In this document: piece after piece, positions 48,400-59,048 of the stretch
How positions within the stretch are numbered: position 1 is the stretch's first letter
Layout: every line of letters starts with the position of its first letter
Source: an uncultured Roseivirgaceae bacterium
GTDB taxonomy: Bacteria > Bacteroidota > Bacteroidia > Cytophagales > Cyclobacteriaceae
Length of the DNA: 64,000 bases
Assembly (NCBI GenBank): GCA_964351395.1
Contig: CAYGOF010000011.1
Location: forward strand, 829-64,828
Direction: 5' to 3'
The notes under the pieces: generated by a model
What the model saw: only the letters and a program-made list of their open reading frames with translations
Databases searched by the model: none
What the model was told of the DNA's origin: nothing
Made by a program: the position numbers and the translations under genes

Positions 48400-49461
48400 A
48401 TGCGACTACTTAGGGTACTAATTGCAGCACCTTTTTCGTTTTTATGGCTTTGCATAACAAATATGCGAAACGCATTGTACGATGCAGGATTGCTGAGAAG
48501 TACCGAATTTGCCATTCCAGTGATTTGCGTCGGAAATTTGACCGTAGGAGGGACTGGAAAAACTCCCACGATTAACTATTTGATTGATCATTTGCTCTCC
48601 AAGGGTGTAAATGTGGGCATAGTAAGCAGAGGTTATGGCCGTACAAGCAAAGGGTTTTTTATCATAGACGATGCATCAAATGCCGCACTGGTGGGTGATG
48701 AGCCTTTGTTGTTCTTTAAGCGATGGGGTATAAAAGCTGTGATCGCCGTGGGAGAGCAAAGAGTGCATGCAATAAGGTCGATGAGGGAAATGTATCCCCA
48801 ATTGGATGTCATTTTGATGGATGATGGATTCCAGCACAGGGCTGTACAGCCTTCTGCCTCTATTTTGCTCACCTCTTACCAAAACCCTTTTTATAGAGAC
48901 TTTATTTTGCCATCAGGCACTTTGAGAGAGGGGCGGCGTTGGGCCCGTAGAGCGTCGATGGTGGTGGTTACAAAATCACCATTGAACATTCAACCAGATG
49001 AAAAACTTGAGATCGAGAAAAGGCTTGGCCGATATACCAGGAAAGGAGTTCCTATTTTTTTTAGCTCGATAGCCTACGGAGAACCAGTCGCTTTTGGCGA
49101 GAACAGAGAGTGGAAGCAGAAAGTATTTCTGGTTACAGGCATTGCCAATCCAGCTCCATTGGTTGATTATTTAGTGCAAAAAGGCATAGAAATTTTAAAC
49201 CATTGGGTGAAGGCAGATCATTTTATTTACAGCGAACTTGAAATGCAATTGATTGTTGAGGAGTATAAAAAGCTTGATGACTGCGTTGTATTAACTACGG
49301 AAAAGGATTTTGTAAAAATGGGTAGCGAGGAGTTTGCACCTTACTTAGCAAAAGCTCCTTTTTTTTATATCCCTGTAGAGTTTTCCTTTTCAAAAGAAAA
49401 GCAAAACTTTGAGGCAGCATTTGATCAGTTGATAGTAAAACACCAAGGAGCAAAAGGTTGA
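48400..49461 (+). CDS. lpxK: Tetraacyldisaccharide 4'-kinase
   Basis: P-loop VGNLTVGGTGKTP, SRGYGR, DDGFQH motifs; 353 aa. Confidence 0.9.
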   Translation: MRLLRVLIAAPFSFLWLCITNMRNALYDAGLLRSTEFAIPVICVGNLTVGGTGKTPTINYLIDHLLSKGVNVGIVSRGYGRTSKGFFIIDDASNAALVGDEPLLFFKRWGIKAVIAVGEQRVHAIRSMREMYPQLDVILMDDGFQHRAVQPSASILLTSYQNPFYRDFILPSGTLREGRRWARRASMVVVTKSPLNIQPDEKLEIEKRLGRYTRKGVPIFFSSIAYGEPVAFGENREWKQKVFLVTGIANPAPLVDYLVQKGIEILNHWVKADHFIYSELEMQLIVEEYKKLDDCVVLTTEKDFVKMGSEEFAPYLAKAPFFYIPVEFSFSKEKQNFEAAFDQLIVKHQGAKG

Positions 49462-51305
49462 AGAATATTTTAAAGGTTGTGGGAATAGGTTGTTTGTCGC
49501 TTGTGCTTAGCTCAGGGAGAGTGCAGTCGCAGGTGTTGGATGATTCCACAAAAAATGTGTATTCGACTAAAACTACTTTCTGGTTTACTGAAAATGATAT
49601 CAAGACGTTGTCGGACTCCCTGCATGTATTAGATACGCTGCTTACTGGTTTAGAGAATTTCGACGCTGTAGACCTGTCAAACCACACAATAGTAGATCTG
49701 GGCAATTTGGGGACTGCCACGCATCCTCTATATTACCAATTTCCTTCACTGATAGGGGCTAGTTTGGGCATCCGCACCTACAATCCCTATTTCATACCAT
49801 CAGACCGTATTAAGTACTTTGATACCAAGTCTCCATGGATTAAAATTAAAGCTGTAGTCGGCGGCTTGGGAAGAAGTGTTGTCGACGTAGGCTATTCCCG
49901 AAACATCAACCCGAGGTGGAATATTGGAATTGATTTTAAGTTGCTTACCGCCGACAAACAGATTGGCGCGACATCCAACCGGGGTGATAGAAATGTGACA
50001 TCCAACGGTCTCGACCTATACACAAACTATCGTTCCAAAGATGATAAGTACCAGTTGCTGTTCAATGTCAATAGGTTCAGACACAACGTGAATGAAACGG
50101 GGGGCATTGATGTTGGCGAAGAGGCTACAACCGCTGAGCTGTTTCAATACAGAGATTCACCAATCAATTTGTCTGGCGTAAAAGCATACGACTACAAATT
50201 GAATTTTCATTTATTTCAAAAGTATAAGATCAGCGATGAGTTGCAGGTCTATTATATGCTTGATAAAGGCAGGCACGACAATAGCTTTGAAGATCCGAAC
50301 CCCGACGCCAACGCCAGTTATTATCCCAATATTTTCATCACGAACGACAGTACAGCCGAACTTATTCAACTGAGGGATCTTACGAATGAAGCAGGGCTTC
50401 TTGGCAAAATGGGAGGAGTAAGCTACAACCTGTATTTAAAAAGGCGTTATGTGACTTACAATGATCGTTTCTCATCGCCTTTTGGTGCTGAAGTTGAGAA
50501 CTATGCAGGTGTAAAAATAAATGCCCGGCTATTCGATATTTGGGATACCGATGCGAAAGTAGAGTTGCTGCAAGGTGGTCTATTTGATATTGAGGGTGAA
50601 ACTTCATTGCCGTTTTTAAGCTTATGGCTAAGAAGTATGCGCTATAAACCCGGCTATCAGCAGCAATATTATTTTGGAAATCATTACAGCTGGACCAATG
50701 ATTTTGAGCCCCAGAGAGCCGATCGCTTAGGTGGTGAACTGAATGTAGTGTTGGGTCCGCTTACAATTAAACCTGGACTGAATCTTACCAGAGTAGCCAA
50801 TAACGTTTACTTTGGTAAAGACTCTCAGCCACGTCAATCGGGTGCTGGTCAGTTATTAATCAATCCATCTACCTCCCTGGAATTGGCTATTGGAGACGTG
50901 TTTCATGTCAATCCACAGGTAATTTACACCGCTGTAACTGGTAATGAAGCAGATATTTGGCGAATTCCGGAGTGGTTGATTAATGCTAGAATTTATTATG
51001 ATGGTGTTTGGTTTAACGACTACCTGCCAATTCAAATTGGTGTTGACGTAAATTGGAAATCCAGCTATTATGGAAATGCCTACAATGCAGTCATTCAGCA
51101 GTTTTATTTGCAGGATGCATTCTCCATCGATGCTTATGCCGTGGCAGACTTGTTCCTTAATTTCAAGGTAGGCAATGCACGTTATTTCGTTAAAATGACA
51201 CATATTAACCAGCCAGGGGTAGCCCAAGGTTACTTCATGACGCCATATTACCCAGGGCAACGCCGAGTATTTGATCTTGGCGTCACATGGTATTTCTTTG
51301 ACTAA
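49458..51305 (+). CDS. Outer-membrane beta-barrel protein (putative porin family)
   Basis: Signal peptide (MKNILKVVGIGCLSLVLSSGRVQSQ), alternating beta-strand pattern throughout, aromatic-rich C-terminus (LGVTWYFFD). TTG start overlaps the lpxK stop (TTGA). Confidence 0.6.
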   Translation: MKNILKVVGIGCLSLVLSSGRVQSQVLDDSTKNVYSTKTTFWFTENDIKTLSDSLHVLDTLLTGLENFDAVDLSNHTIVDLGNLGTATHPLYYQFPSLIGASLGIRTYNPYFIPSDRIKYFDTKSPWIKIKAVVGGLGRSVVDVGYSRNINPRWNIGIDFKLLTADKQIGATSNRGDRNVTSNGLDLYTNYRSKDDKYQLLFNVNRFRHNVNETGGIDVGEEATTAELFQYRDSPINLSGVKAYDYKLNFHLFQKYKISDELQVYYMLDKGRHDNSFEDPNPDANASYYPNIFITNDSTAELIQLRDLTNEAGLLGKMGGVSYNLYLKRRYVTYNDRFSSPFGAEVENYAGVKINARLFDIWDTDAKVELLQGGLFDIEGETSLPFLSLWLRSMRYKPGYQQQYYFGNHYSWTNDFEPQRADRLGGELNVVLGPLTIKPGLNLTRVANNVYFGKDSQPRQSGAGQLLINPSTSLELAIGDVFHVNPQVIYTAVTGNEADIWRIPEWLINARIYYDGVWFNDYLPIQIGVDVNWKSSYYGNAYNAVIQQFYLQDAFSIDAYAVADLFLNFKVGNARYFVKMTHINQPGVAQGYFMTPYYPGQRRVFDLGVTWYFFD

Positions 51306-51316
51306 CGCCAAGCCAT

Positions 51317-51919
51317 ATGAACCAAAAGAATAAAACGACTCTCGGTTTGGAATTACCCACTGACCCTCGATGGACAGATATTGCCAACATGCAAATTGAG
51401 GATATTCTTGTGGATCATGCCTATTGTGAACAAAAAGCTGCTTCTTCCTGCATTTCATTGATCATGCTCTACCCAGAACATGACAAACTGGTTGAGGTAT
51501 TGACTCCAGTGGTAGCTGAGGAATGGGCGCATTTTGAAAGGGTGATTCAACAGCTTAAGAAAAGGGGGTTTGGCCTCGGCAGACAACGGAAGGATGAATA
51601 TGTTGTTAAGCTGAATGAGGTAGTTAGAAAGGGCGGCTCCAGGAACCATCAGTTAGTAGAAAGGTTGCTGCTCAATGCCCTGATAGAAGCAAGAAGTTGC
51701 GAGCGTTTTAAGCTGCTGAACAAACACATCGAAGATGACGAGTTGAGGAAGTTCTACTATGAACTCATGATTTCGGAAGCCGGGCATTACCATAATTTTA
51801 TTGAATTGGCCGAGGAGTATATGCCCAGGGAATATATTAGAACGAGGTGGAGTGAGTTCCTGGAAGCCGAAGCGGAAATCATGAAGTCACTGGAAGTAAG
51901 AGGAGACAGGATGCATTGA
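51317..51919 (+). CDS. miaE: tRNA-(ms2io6A)-hydroxylase
   Basis: Di-iron ferritin-like protein: DHAYCEQKAA, EEWAHFE, LIEARSCERF (identical to the Salmonella MiaE motif as I recall it), SEAGHY. Confidence 0.85.
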   Translation: MNQKNKTTLGLELPTDPRWTDIANMQIEDILVDHAYCEQKAASSCISLIMLYPEHDKLVEVLTPVVAEEWAHFERVIQQLKKRGFGLGRQRKDEYVVKLNEVVRKGGSRNHQLVERLLLNALIEARSCERFKLLNKHIEDDELRKFYYELMISEAGHYHNFIELAEEYMPREYIRTRWSEFLEAEAEIMKSLEVRGDRMH

Positions 51920-51956
51920 TAGATTTGGAAAGAAAACGAGTGCTTTTAAATAAAAA

Positions 51957-51984
51957 TGGGCTTGAGAGTTAGCTCCCAAGCCCA
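51957..51984. terminator. Bidirectional terminator hairpin
   Basis: TGGGCTTGAGAG-TTAG-CTCCCAAGCCCA (one mismatch), flanked by A-rich sequence upstream and T-rich sequence downstream. Lies between convergent miaE and the Moco oxidoreductase. Confidence 0.55.
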
Positions 51985-52005
51985 TTCAATTTTTATTCAA
52001 TCAAC

Positions 52006-54150
52006 CTAACCTAACTTGATTTGCTGTTGCATAAAAGGCTGCTTGTAAAAGCGTTGCCCGGTTGCTTTGTACATGGCATTAGCCAATGCTCCTCCGGCAG
52101 GTGGCAACGAAGGTTCGCCTAGGCCAGTTGGATCATTAGTGTTTTTCACAAAATGGCAATCAATTACCGGGGGTGCTTCACCCATCCTTATGAGTCGGTA
52201 ATTATTAAAATTACTTGCCTGTGGTTCACCATTCACAAAGGTCAAATTACCATACATGGCATGCCCTATTCCATCAATAATACCACCTTCAATTTGATTT
52301 TTGGCAGCCACTGGATTAATAACAATACCACAATCGACTGCGCACGTCACTTTTCTTGTACTTGGTTGCCCTTTTATATTGGCTATTTCAGCCACCATGG
52401 CCACATAAGAATTATGAGAATAGTAGGCGCTGAAACCCTTGCTTACTCCTTCTTCTGTTGTTGTCCAGTTTGCCTTCTCAGCCGCCATTTTGATAACGCC
52501 GATCATTTTTTCAGGCTCATAGTCGAGGGTTCCCACAGGATTTGATTTAGCCTTTTCCAGCAAGTCGAGCCTAAGCTGTACCGGGTCGATGCCCATTTCC
52601 TCTGCTACCTCATCAATGAAACTCTGCTCAGCATAAGCCAGGAAATTCGTTATCGGTGCTCTCCAGGCACCAGTAGTAATATTACTGTTCTGTCCATAGG
52701 ATTCGACCTTATAATTAGGGATTGAGCCAGCAGGGAACCAGTTTTCACGTGTCCAACCGTTGCCGTTGATGCCAGTGCCAATTAGGTGGTAGGCAACCAG
52801 CTCACCATTTTTGATACCAGCCTTAAATTTGTATTTCGACGCGGGTCGATAAATACCAGCTGTCATATCGTCTTCTCTTGAATACACGAGTTTAATCGGA
52901 GCGTTGGCTAACTTGGAAATCTCTGCTACTTCCAGCACAAAATCACCATAAAGTCTTCTGCCGAAACCACCACCCATTCGTGTCATATCAATGAAGATTT
53001 CAGTCTCGGGTCTTCCTAAAAGCTCCGACACCTGGCGCCTTGTTCTTTCAGGTGTTTGGATAGGTCCTATTAGGTCAACCTTAGCTGCAGTCACGTGCCC
53101 GTAAAAATTCATGGGCTCCATCGGATTGTGAGGAAGGAATGGTCCTTCAAAAACCTTTTCTACAATTTTGTCCGCCGATTTAAAGGCTGCGTCTACATCT
53201 CCGTCATTTCTTCTGGCTTCGCCGTTTTTTGTATTCAGCAGCGCAACCATTTGCTTGTCATGATCTTCAGTGCTTTCAGCGGGCGTGTCCTGTTCCCATA
53301 CGGCTTTCAAGGCTTTTTTTCCTTTCATGGCAGCCCAGGTGGTATTGCCAAGCACAGCAACCTTATTGCCAAATTGGATAACCTCAGATACCCCGTTTAC
53401 TTTTCTGGTTTCAGTATCGTCGAACGATATAAGTTTGGCACCAAAAGTAGGAGGACGTAGCACAACGGCTATTTTCATTCCCTCTTTTTTCAGGTCCATG
53501 CCGAAAAGCGGCTTTCCTGTAATAATAGGTTCTATGTCTACGTTTTTGGTGTCGGTTCCGATGATTTTAAACGATGAAGGGTCTTTTAGCTCTACCTCTT
53601 CCGGTACAGCCATCGTTGCTGCTGATGAAGCGATTTGGCCGTAGGTAATCGTCTCACCTTTGGCGTTTTTGATGACACCTTCTGAAACTGTCAGGGTAGA
53701 GGCATCTACCTGCCATTGACTTGCTGCAGCATCAACCAACATTTTTCGGGCAGTTGCGCCAGCCATTCTTAAGCCCTTCCATGAGCTTCGCAGTGATTGA
53801 CTGCCACCTGCCACTTGTCGAACAAATTTCTCTGTATCAAGCGGCGCTTGTTCTACTACAACATCTTTCCATGCCACATCTAATTCTTCAGCTACTATCA
53901 TTGGCATTGAAGTCTTGATGTTTTGCCCTACTTCAGGATTCGGAGACATGATAGTCACGAGACCGTTTTCACCTATTTTGAGATAGGCATTCACATTGAA
54001 CCATTCTTTCGGAGCACCTTTCAATGCAGCAGTTTCTGATGTAGGACTACAAGACACCAGCCAGTTAAAACCGATAATTAGGCCACCGCTGCTTGCTGCC
54101 GATACCTTGAGGAAGGATCTCCTATTATAAGATGTTTTGATCAAAGTCAT
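52006..54150 (-). CDS. Molybdopterin-dependent oxidoreductase large subunit (IorB / aldehyde oxidase-xanthine dehydrogenase family), Tat-exported
   Basis: 714 aa with a twin-arginine signal (NRRSFLKVSAASSGG). Aldehyde-oxidase/xanthine-dehydrogenase-type segments (GGGFGRR, GLGEPSLPPAGGA). Confidence 0.9.
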   Translation of the reverse strand: MTLIKTSYNRRSFLKVSAASSGGLIIGFNWLVSCSPTSETAALKGAPKEWFNVNAYLKIGENGLVTIMSPNPEVGQNIKTSMPMIVAEELDVAWKDVVVEQAPLDTEKFVRQVAGGSQSLRSSWKGLRMAGATARKMLVDAAASQWQVDASTLTVSEGVIKNAKGETITYGQIASSAATMAVPEEVELKDPSSFKIIGTDTKNVDIEPIITGKPLFGMDLKKEGMKIAVVLRPPTFGAKLISFDDTETRKVNGVSEVIQFGNKVAVLGNTTWAAMKGKKALKAVWEQDTPAESTEDHDKQMVALLNTKNGEARRNDGDVDAAFKSADKIVEKVFEGPFLPHNPMEPMNFYGHVTAAKVDLIGPIQTPERTRRQVSELLGRPETEIFIDMTRMGGGFGRRLYGDFVLEVAEISKLANAPIKLVYSREDDMTAGIYRPASKYKFKAGIKNGELVAYHLIGTGINGNGWTRENWFPAGSIPNYKVESYGQNSNITTGAWRAPITNFLAYAEQSFIDEVAEEMGIDPVQLRLDLLEKAKSNPVGTLDYEPEKMIGVIKMAAEKANWTTTEEGVSKGFSAYYSHNSYVAMVAEIANIKGQPSTRKVTCAVDCGIVINPVAAKNQIEGGIIDGIGHAMYGNLTFVNGEPQASNFNNYRLIRMGEAPPVIDCHFVKNTNDPTGLGEPSLPPAGGALANAMYKATGQRFYKQPFMQQQIKLG

Positions 54151-54170
54151 GTTGTCAAATTTTGGATAAG

Positions 54171-54629
54171 TTAAACAGCTGCTGAGGCAGTTTTGATCGC
54201 TGCTTTGATTCGATTATAAGTGGCACAACGGCAGATATTGCCATTCATTGCACTTTCAATTTCCTCGTCGGATGGCGTTGGGTTTTTAGCCAGGAGTGCA
54301 GCTGCATTCATGATTTGGCCTGCCTGACAGTAACCACATTGAGGAACATCATGTTCTCTCCAGGCATTTTGAAGAGGATGAGAAGCGTCCTCTGAAAGAC
54401 CTTCAATCGTTACAACTGATTTATCTCCCAATGTTGAAATGGGCATCGAACATGACCTTACTGCGTTTCCATCTACGTGGACAGTACAGGCGCCGCACAT
54501 GGCAATGCCACATCCGAATTTAGTGCCTACAAGATCCAGGTTATCACGCAACACCCAAAGTAGGGGAGTATCCGCATCAACATCTACCTGGTGGGTTTTA
54601 CCGTTAACATTTAGAGAAAATTGCGCCAT
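54171..54629 (-). CDS. [2Fe-2S]-binding small subunit of the Moco oxidoreductase (IorA-like)
   Basis: 152 aa with two 2Fe-2S cluster motifs ([12 protein letters not shown] and QCGYCQAGQ ... NICRCATY). Confidence 0.9.
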   Translation of the reverse strand: MAQFSLNVNGKTHQVDVDADTPLLWVLRDNLDLVGTKFGCGIAMCGACTVHVDGNAVRSCSMPISTLGDKSVVTIEGLSEDASHPLQNAWREHDVPQCGYCQAGQIMNAAALLAKNPTPSDEEIESAMNGNICRCATYNRIKAAIKTASAAV

Positions 54630-54732
54630 AGTGTATGGGTTGTTTTATTGAGTACTGTCAAAGTACCAATAAATGCTCAAAAATCATAGACGATTTAGAT
54701 GAGCAAAACAATAAATCAAACGCCGGTAAATT

Positions 54733-56688
54733 CTACTGCCAAGGTTTTGGTTCAAGGATCGCAAAACCATAAGGAGGCAAAACGAAATACTCATTGTCGG
54801 CACCTACTTGTTGTTCTGCTTTTGCCCAATTGTCGAATAGAATTTGAGGTGAGTGACCAAACTCTTTGAAGGCGTACCAGGTAAGAAAGGCATCCTCTGC
54901 GTGATAATTAAATACACAATAGAGTTGCTTCTCTGCTGTGAACCTCAAAAACCCTGCTACATGAGAATTGTGCTCTTTCATCCATTTGATGTTAGAGCTG
55001 TCTTTCAAAACGGACAATTCTTTTCTAATGCGAATCAGCTTTTTTGTTTGCTCAAATATTTCAGTCGCAGCATTTGCTGCCTCTGTCGAAGGGTACGTTG
55101 AGTCCCTTGCAATAAGTGGCCTGTGCATCCATCTGTTGTCGTAGCTTTTGGCTGGGTCATTCAGGTAGGAGTAGTCGTTGATCGTACCACATTCGTCGCC
55201 ATAATAGAGCATTGGGAGTCCTCCCGAAAACATAGCATGCGCCTGCATCAATACTATTCTTCGTATGGCAAGGTCGATTTGATATTGATTTTTTAGCTCA
55301 AGTGCTTTTTCAAGCCCGCAAAGTGAGGCTAAAGTGCCACTTATTCGGGCATCATTTGTTTTTGGGTTGACTGCAAACAAGGCGCCGCTTGCCATTGAAC
55401 CATACGTGTTGCCAATGAAGAACTCTTTCAAAAATGATCTGTGCTGGTAGGGATTCAGCCCAGCTTCAGCAATAGTTTTGTCGTCGTAACCTAGTCCAAT
55501 ATCATCATGACAACGGGTGTAGGTGATCCACGAGGTGCCCCTAGGTTTGTGCAACAAATCTGCCTGAGCCTTAATCATGACCGAGGTATTTCCAGAGGCT
55601 ATAGCATCCCACTGCACAGCCATTTGTGTGGCGTTGTATGCGAAGTCGCATTCCTTCGCTAGGTACATTCCTTCACCAAAGTATTTCATGATCTCACCTG
55701 GAGAGACAATCGCTTCTCCTAGGAGGGCCATGCCTGGAGTGGAAACTTGTACGCATTGCTTAATGAGTCTGAGCAGGGTATGTGCTTTAGGCCGATTTTG
55801 GCAGTTGGTGCCTATTTCTTTCCAAATAAAAGCAGGTGCATCAATCCTTAGTATATCAACTCCCAGGTTCGCATAAAAGAAGATATTCTCCATCATTGCA
55901 ACGAGGACTGCAGGGTTTGTGAAGTTAAGGTCCCACTGATAGTTGTGAAAAACTGTCATAACCCACTTACCCATTTGCTCGTCAAACATAAAATTACCCG
56001 GAGAGCTTTCCGGAAATACTTCAGGCATTCCCTTTTCAAATTCATCAGGAATGGATCGGTCATCAAATGTGTAGTAGTAGTCCTGATAGCCCTTATCGCC
56101 TTCTTTTGCTTTTTGTGCCCATTCGTGTTTGTGGGACGTGTGGTTGAGTACAATATCGAGCATCAGGTATTTCCCTGAACTCAGCAGGCTGTTTTGTAAT
56201 GCTTTCAGGTCGTTCAATGTTCCAAACCTTGGGTCTACCTTCCTGAAGTCAGACACGGCATACCCTCCGTCGCTTTCACCTGCTGGACTTTCAAAAACGG
56301 GCATAACATGGATCAGGTTAACGCCTAGGTCGTCCAAATAAGGCAATTTATCAGAGAGCTTCTCCAGGTTGCCTGCAAACCTGTCGACATAAAGACTCAT
56401 GCCGACCAGTTCGTTGCTTAAAAACCATTCACCCCGAGCTTCTTTTTCCCTGTCTCTCTTTTGCAAAACGCTTGACCGTTCTTGATAGGCTTTGAATAGA
56501 CCGGCAATGAGTGCTTCGAAAAAGTCATCTCTTTTTTGGTGGTAGGGGTAAACCTCATAATACAGACTATGAATACTATTAATACCGGCTAGAAGCCTTA
56601 CATAAAATATGTTGTCGCTACCGGCAATGTCAAGCTGGTGTAATTGAACATACTTGTCAATTAGCCTATGCAGAAAGGGGTTGTACAC
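54733..56688 (-). CDS. GH13 alpha-amylase-family enzyme, amylosucrase/sucrose hydrolase-like
   Basis: 651 aa. GH13 conserved regions DIVLNHTS, GVDILRIDAPAF, LLGEAIV, YTRCHDDIG. The length, N-terminal helical domain and sucrose-type transporter neighbour fit amylosucrase. Confidence 0.8.
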   Translation of the reverse strand: MYNPFLHRLIDKYVQLHQLDIAGSDNIFYVRLLAGINSIHSLYYEVYPYHQKRDDFFEALIAGLFKAYQERSSVLQKRDREKEARGEWFLSNELVGMSLYVDRFAGNLEKLSDKLPYLDDLGVNLIHVMPVFESPAGESDGGYAVSDFRKVDPRFGTLNDLKALQNSLLSSGKYLMLDIVLNHTSHKHEWAQKAKEGDKGYQDYYYTFDDRSIPDEFEKGMPEVFPESSPGNFMFDEQMGKWVMTVFHNYQWDLNFTNPAVLVAMMENIFFYANLGVDILRIDAPAFIWKEIGTNCQNRPKAHTLLRLIKQCVQVSTPGMALLGEAIVSPGEIMKYFGEGMYLAKECDFAYNATQMAVQWDAIASGNTSVMIKAQADLLHKPRGTSWITYTRCHDDIGLGYDDKTIAEAGLNPYQHRSFLKEFFIGNTYGSMASGALFAVNPKTNDARISGTLASLCGLEKALELKNQYQIDLAIRRIVLMQAHAMFSGGLPMLYYGDECGTINDYSYLNDPAKSYDNRWMHRPLIARDSTYPSTEAANAATEIFEQTKKLIRIRKELSVLKDSSNIKWMKEHNSHVAGFLRFTAEKQLYCVFNYHAEDAFLTWYAFKEFGHSPQILFDNWAKAEQQVGADNEYFVLPPYGFAILEPKPWQ

Positions 56689-56721
56689 TCTCTTTAATTT
56701 GCTTTGAAAGATAGAAATTGA

Positions 56722-58059
56722 TTAATGCGCACCACCTGCCATTATAGGTGTGGCACCGCCTTCTGGTTTTTTTACCTTGATAAATGCAACAGAAATTGCC
56801 GCTAAAATCAACAGCGTACCAGCTAGCCTTAGTGCATTCACCGGGTTATTGCCTAACCAGGACTCATAATACATAGGAATGGTGAATGTTTCCAACAGCA
56901 TGGGGATAACAATAAACATATTGAAAATGCCCATATACACCCCGGTTCTTTCTGGTGGGATACTTCCAGCCAGCATCACATAGGGGTTGCCCATCATACT
57001 GGCCCAGGAAAGGCCCATCCCAATAATAGGAATGAATACCATACCAGGACTGTTAAGTTCAGGAATGACCAATAGTCCTGCGCCGGCAAGAAACATACAG
57101 ATACCATGAATGGACTTTGGGCCATATTTTTGTGCAAGCATGGCTAGTCCGAAGGCAGCGAAAAAAGCTATAAAATTGTAGAAAGCGCCAATTTGACCAG
57201 TTAACAAGTCTGCTTGTCTAAAGCCAGGGTCAAAAACGTCGGTAGTCCCAAAAAGTGATTTCGACAATGCTTTGGCAATGTACTGCCAGTAAATAAACAT
57301 CGCGTACCAGCTAAAAAGCATCATCGGAAACATCTGTTTCATCGTCAAAGGCATTTCTTTAAAAGCCTTTGCTATTTCAGCGATCGTAGCTCCAACTCCC
57401 TTGGGTTGGGCCCTGATATGTTCTTTTTCCTCTTCAGTAAGGGGTATTTCTTTGGTCGTTTTAAGTGTCCATAATATAGATCCAATGGATACTACTGAAC
57501 CGATAATAAAGGCAATAAAGGTGGTGACAGGAATACCGCTTTCATTCTTAGCTAATGCACTAACGCCAAAAAAGATAAGCAGGGTAGGGGTTAGGTAGGA
57601 CAATGTTTGGCCTAATCCTGTAAAGGCACTTTGAGTGAGGAAGCCTAGCGAGTGCTGAGATTTGTCAAGTTTATCGCTAACAAAAGCCCGGTAGGGTTCC
57701 TGAGTAATGTTATTTGCCGCGTCGAGAATCCATAAGATACTTGCTGCCATCCACACTGAGCTGCTGTAGGGCATGATGAGTAAACTAAGGCTGCAAAATA
57801 TGGCTCCAATAAGGAAATATGGTGTTCTTCGGCCCCATTTGGTGATGGTTTTGTCACTGATTGCACCGATAATGGGTTGAACGATAAGTCCGGTCATTGG
57901 CCCAGCCAGCCAAAGCAGTGGTAACTCACTTTCTTCAGCACCCAGGTAAGAATAAATCGGGCTCATATTAGCTTGTTGAAGGCCAAAGCTGTACTGTAGC
58001 CCAAAAAAGCCAAAATTCATATTAATGATCTGCCAGAATTTAAGTGATGGCTTTTTCAT
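56722..58059 (-). CDS. MFS/GPH sugar:proton symporter, SLC45 (sucrose transporter)-like
   Basis: 445 aa with 12 TM segments. The N-terminal signature GLQYSFGLQQANMSPIY ... GPMTGLIVQPIIGAISDKT..KWGRRTPY is typical of SLC45/SUT-like carriers. Confidence 0.8.
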   Translation of the reverse strand: MKKPSLKFWQIINMNFGFFGLQYSFGLQQANMSPIYSYLGAEESELPLLWLAGPMTGLIVQPIIGAISDKTITKWGRRTPYFLIGAIFCSLSLLIMPYSSSVWMAASILWILDAANNITQEPYRAFVSDKLDKSQHSLGFLTQSAFTGLGQTLSYLTPTLLIFFGVSALAKNESGIPVTTFIAFIIGSVVSIGSILWTLKTTKEIPLTEEEKEHIRAQPKGVGATIAEIAKAFKEMPLTMKQMFPMMLFSWYAMFIYWQYIAKALSKSLFGTTDVFDPGFRQADLLTGQIGAFYNFIAFFAAFGLAMLAQKYGPKSIHGICMFLAGAGLLVIPELNSPGMVFIPIIGMGLSWASMMGNPYVMLAGSIPPERTGVYMGIFNMFIVIPMLLETFTIPMYYESWLGNNPVNALRLAGTLLILAAISVAFIKVKKPEGGATPIMAGGAH

Positions 58060-58189
58060 AATTGAAATCTAAGTAGGGATGTGTTTTTTCTGTCAGCAAA
58101 TAAATGCTAAAATTATTTAAAGCAATAAATGGCCGAAAAAAATCGAGACAACCAGCTGAAGGAAAAGATGTTGAATAGGGCATTTAACC

Positions 58190-58942
58190 CTATATAACCA
58201 TAACAATGGCCGCCACAATGGTCATGGCGATGATGAACCAGCGGTAGAGTTTTTCCGGGATTTTTTTGATGATGGCCACTCCTAGATAAGCACCCAAACC
58301 AATCGCCGGTAACATAGTGAGATCAAAAAGAAATGAATTCATGCTAATCGTATGCCAGCTAAAAATATGAAAGGGGAGTTTGAACCAGTTAAGAACTAGG
58401 AAAAACCAAGCTGTGGTGCCTATAAATGAGTTTTTTGGAAGGCGCATGGAAAGCAAATAAAGTGCCATCACTGAACCGGCCAGGTTGCCTACCATTGAGG
58501 TGAAACCTCCTGCCACACCCATGAGCGCCACGAACCAAAAGTAATTTGGCACTTTGTCTTTCTTATTGTTTTCCAACCATAGCATTAGGCCCACTGAAAC
58601 GAAAATGATAATGGCCATGATGAGCTTGAATGCCTCGTCATCTATGTAATTTCCTACAAGTGTGCCAAGTAGTGTGCCGCCAGCAGCCCAGGGAAACAGT
58701 TTCCAGAGGTGATCCCATGCGGCATGCCTATGGTAGTAGACTACCCCGAAAATATCGGCCAGGCAAAGGATTGGCAGAAGAAATCCAGTAGACTGCTTGC
58801 CTCCAAACACGGTGGCCAAAAGTGGCACGGCAATCATTCCAGCCCCATGTATGCCCGTTTTGCCCATGCCAATAAGCATCGATACCAAAAGAATCATAAA
58901 AAGGTCGTACTGGGAAAGCTCAAAAGAAAAAAGCGCTATCAA
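58190..58942 (-). CDS. Sulfite exporter TauE/SafE family membrane protein
   Basis: 250 aa with about 8 TM segments and duplicated GxGGG-like segments (GMGKTGIHGAG, GVAGGFTSMVGNLAG). Confidence 0.8.
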   Translation of the reverse strand: MIALFSFELSQYDLFMILLVSMLIGMGKTGIHGAGMIAVPLLATVFGGKQSTGFLLPILCLADIFGVVYYHRHAAWDHLWKLFPWAAGGTLLGTLVGNYIDDEAFKLIMAIIIFVSVGLMLWLENNKKDKVPNYFWFVALMGVAGGFTSMVGNLAGSVMALYLLSMRLPKNSFIGTTAWFFLVLNWFKLPFHIFSWHTISMNSFLFDLTMLPAIGLGAYLGVAIIKKIPEKLYRWFIIAMTIVAAIVMVI

Positions 58943-59048
58943 GAGAGGGTTGGGTTTGGCTGCGGTTGGTTTCTGCCTTCAAAAATGACAGGGAAACCAG
59001 TCAAAGCCAAATTATCTGCACCGAAACTTTCTCCTATACCGGGTGAAT

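Noticed and set aside
50856-51458. 200-aa ORF antisense across the porin/miaE junction
   Set aside because: It spans two well-supported + strand genes and their junction. It has no recognisable features, so it is most likely a chance open frame.
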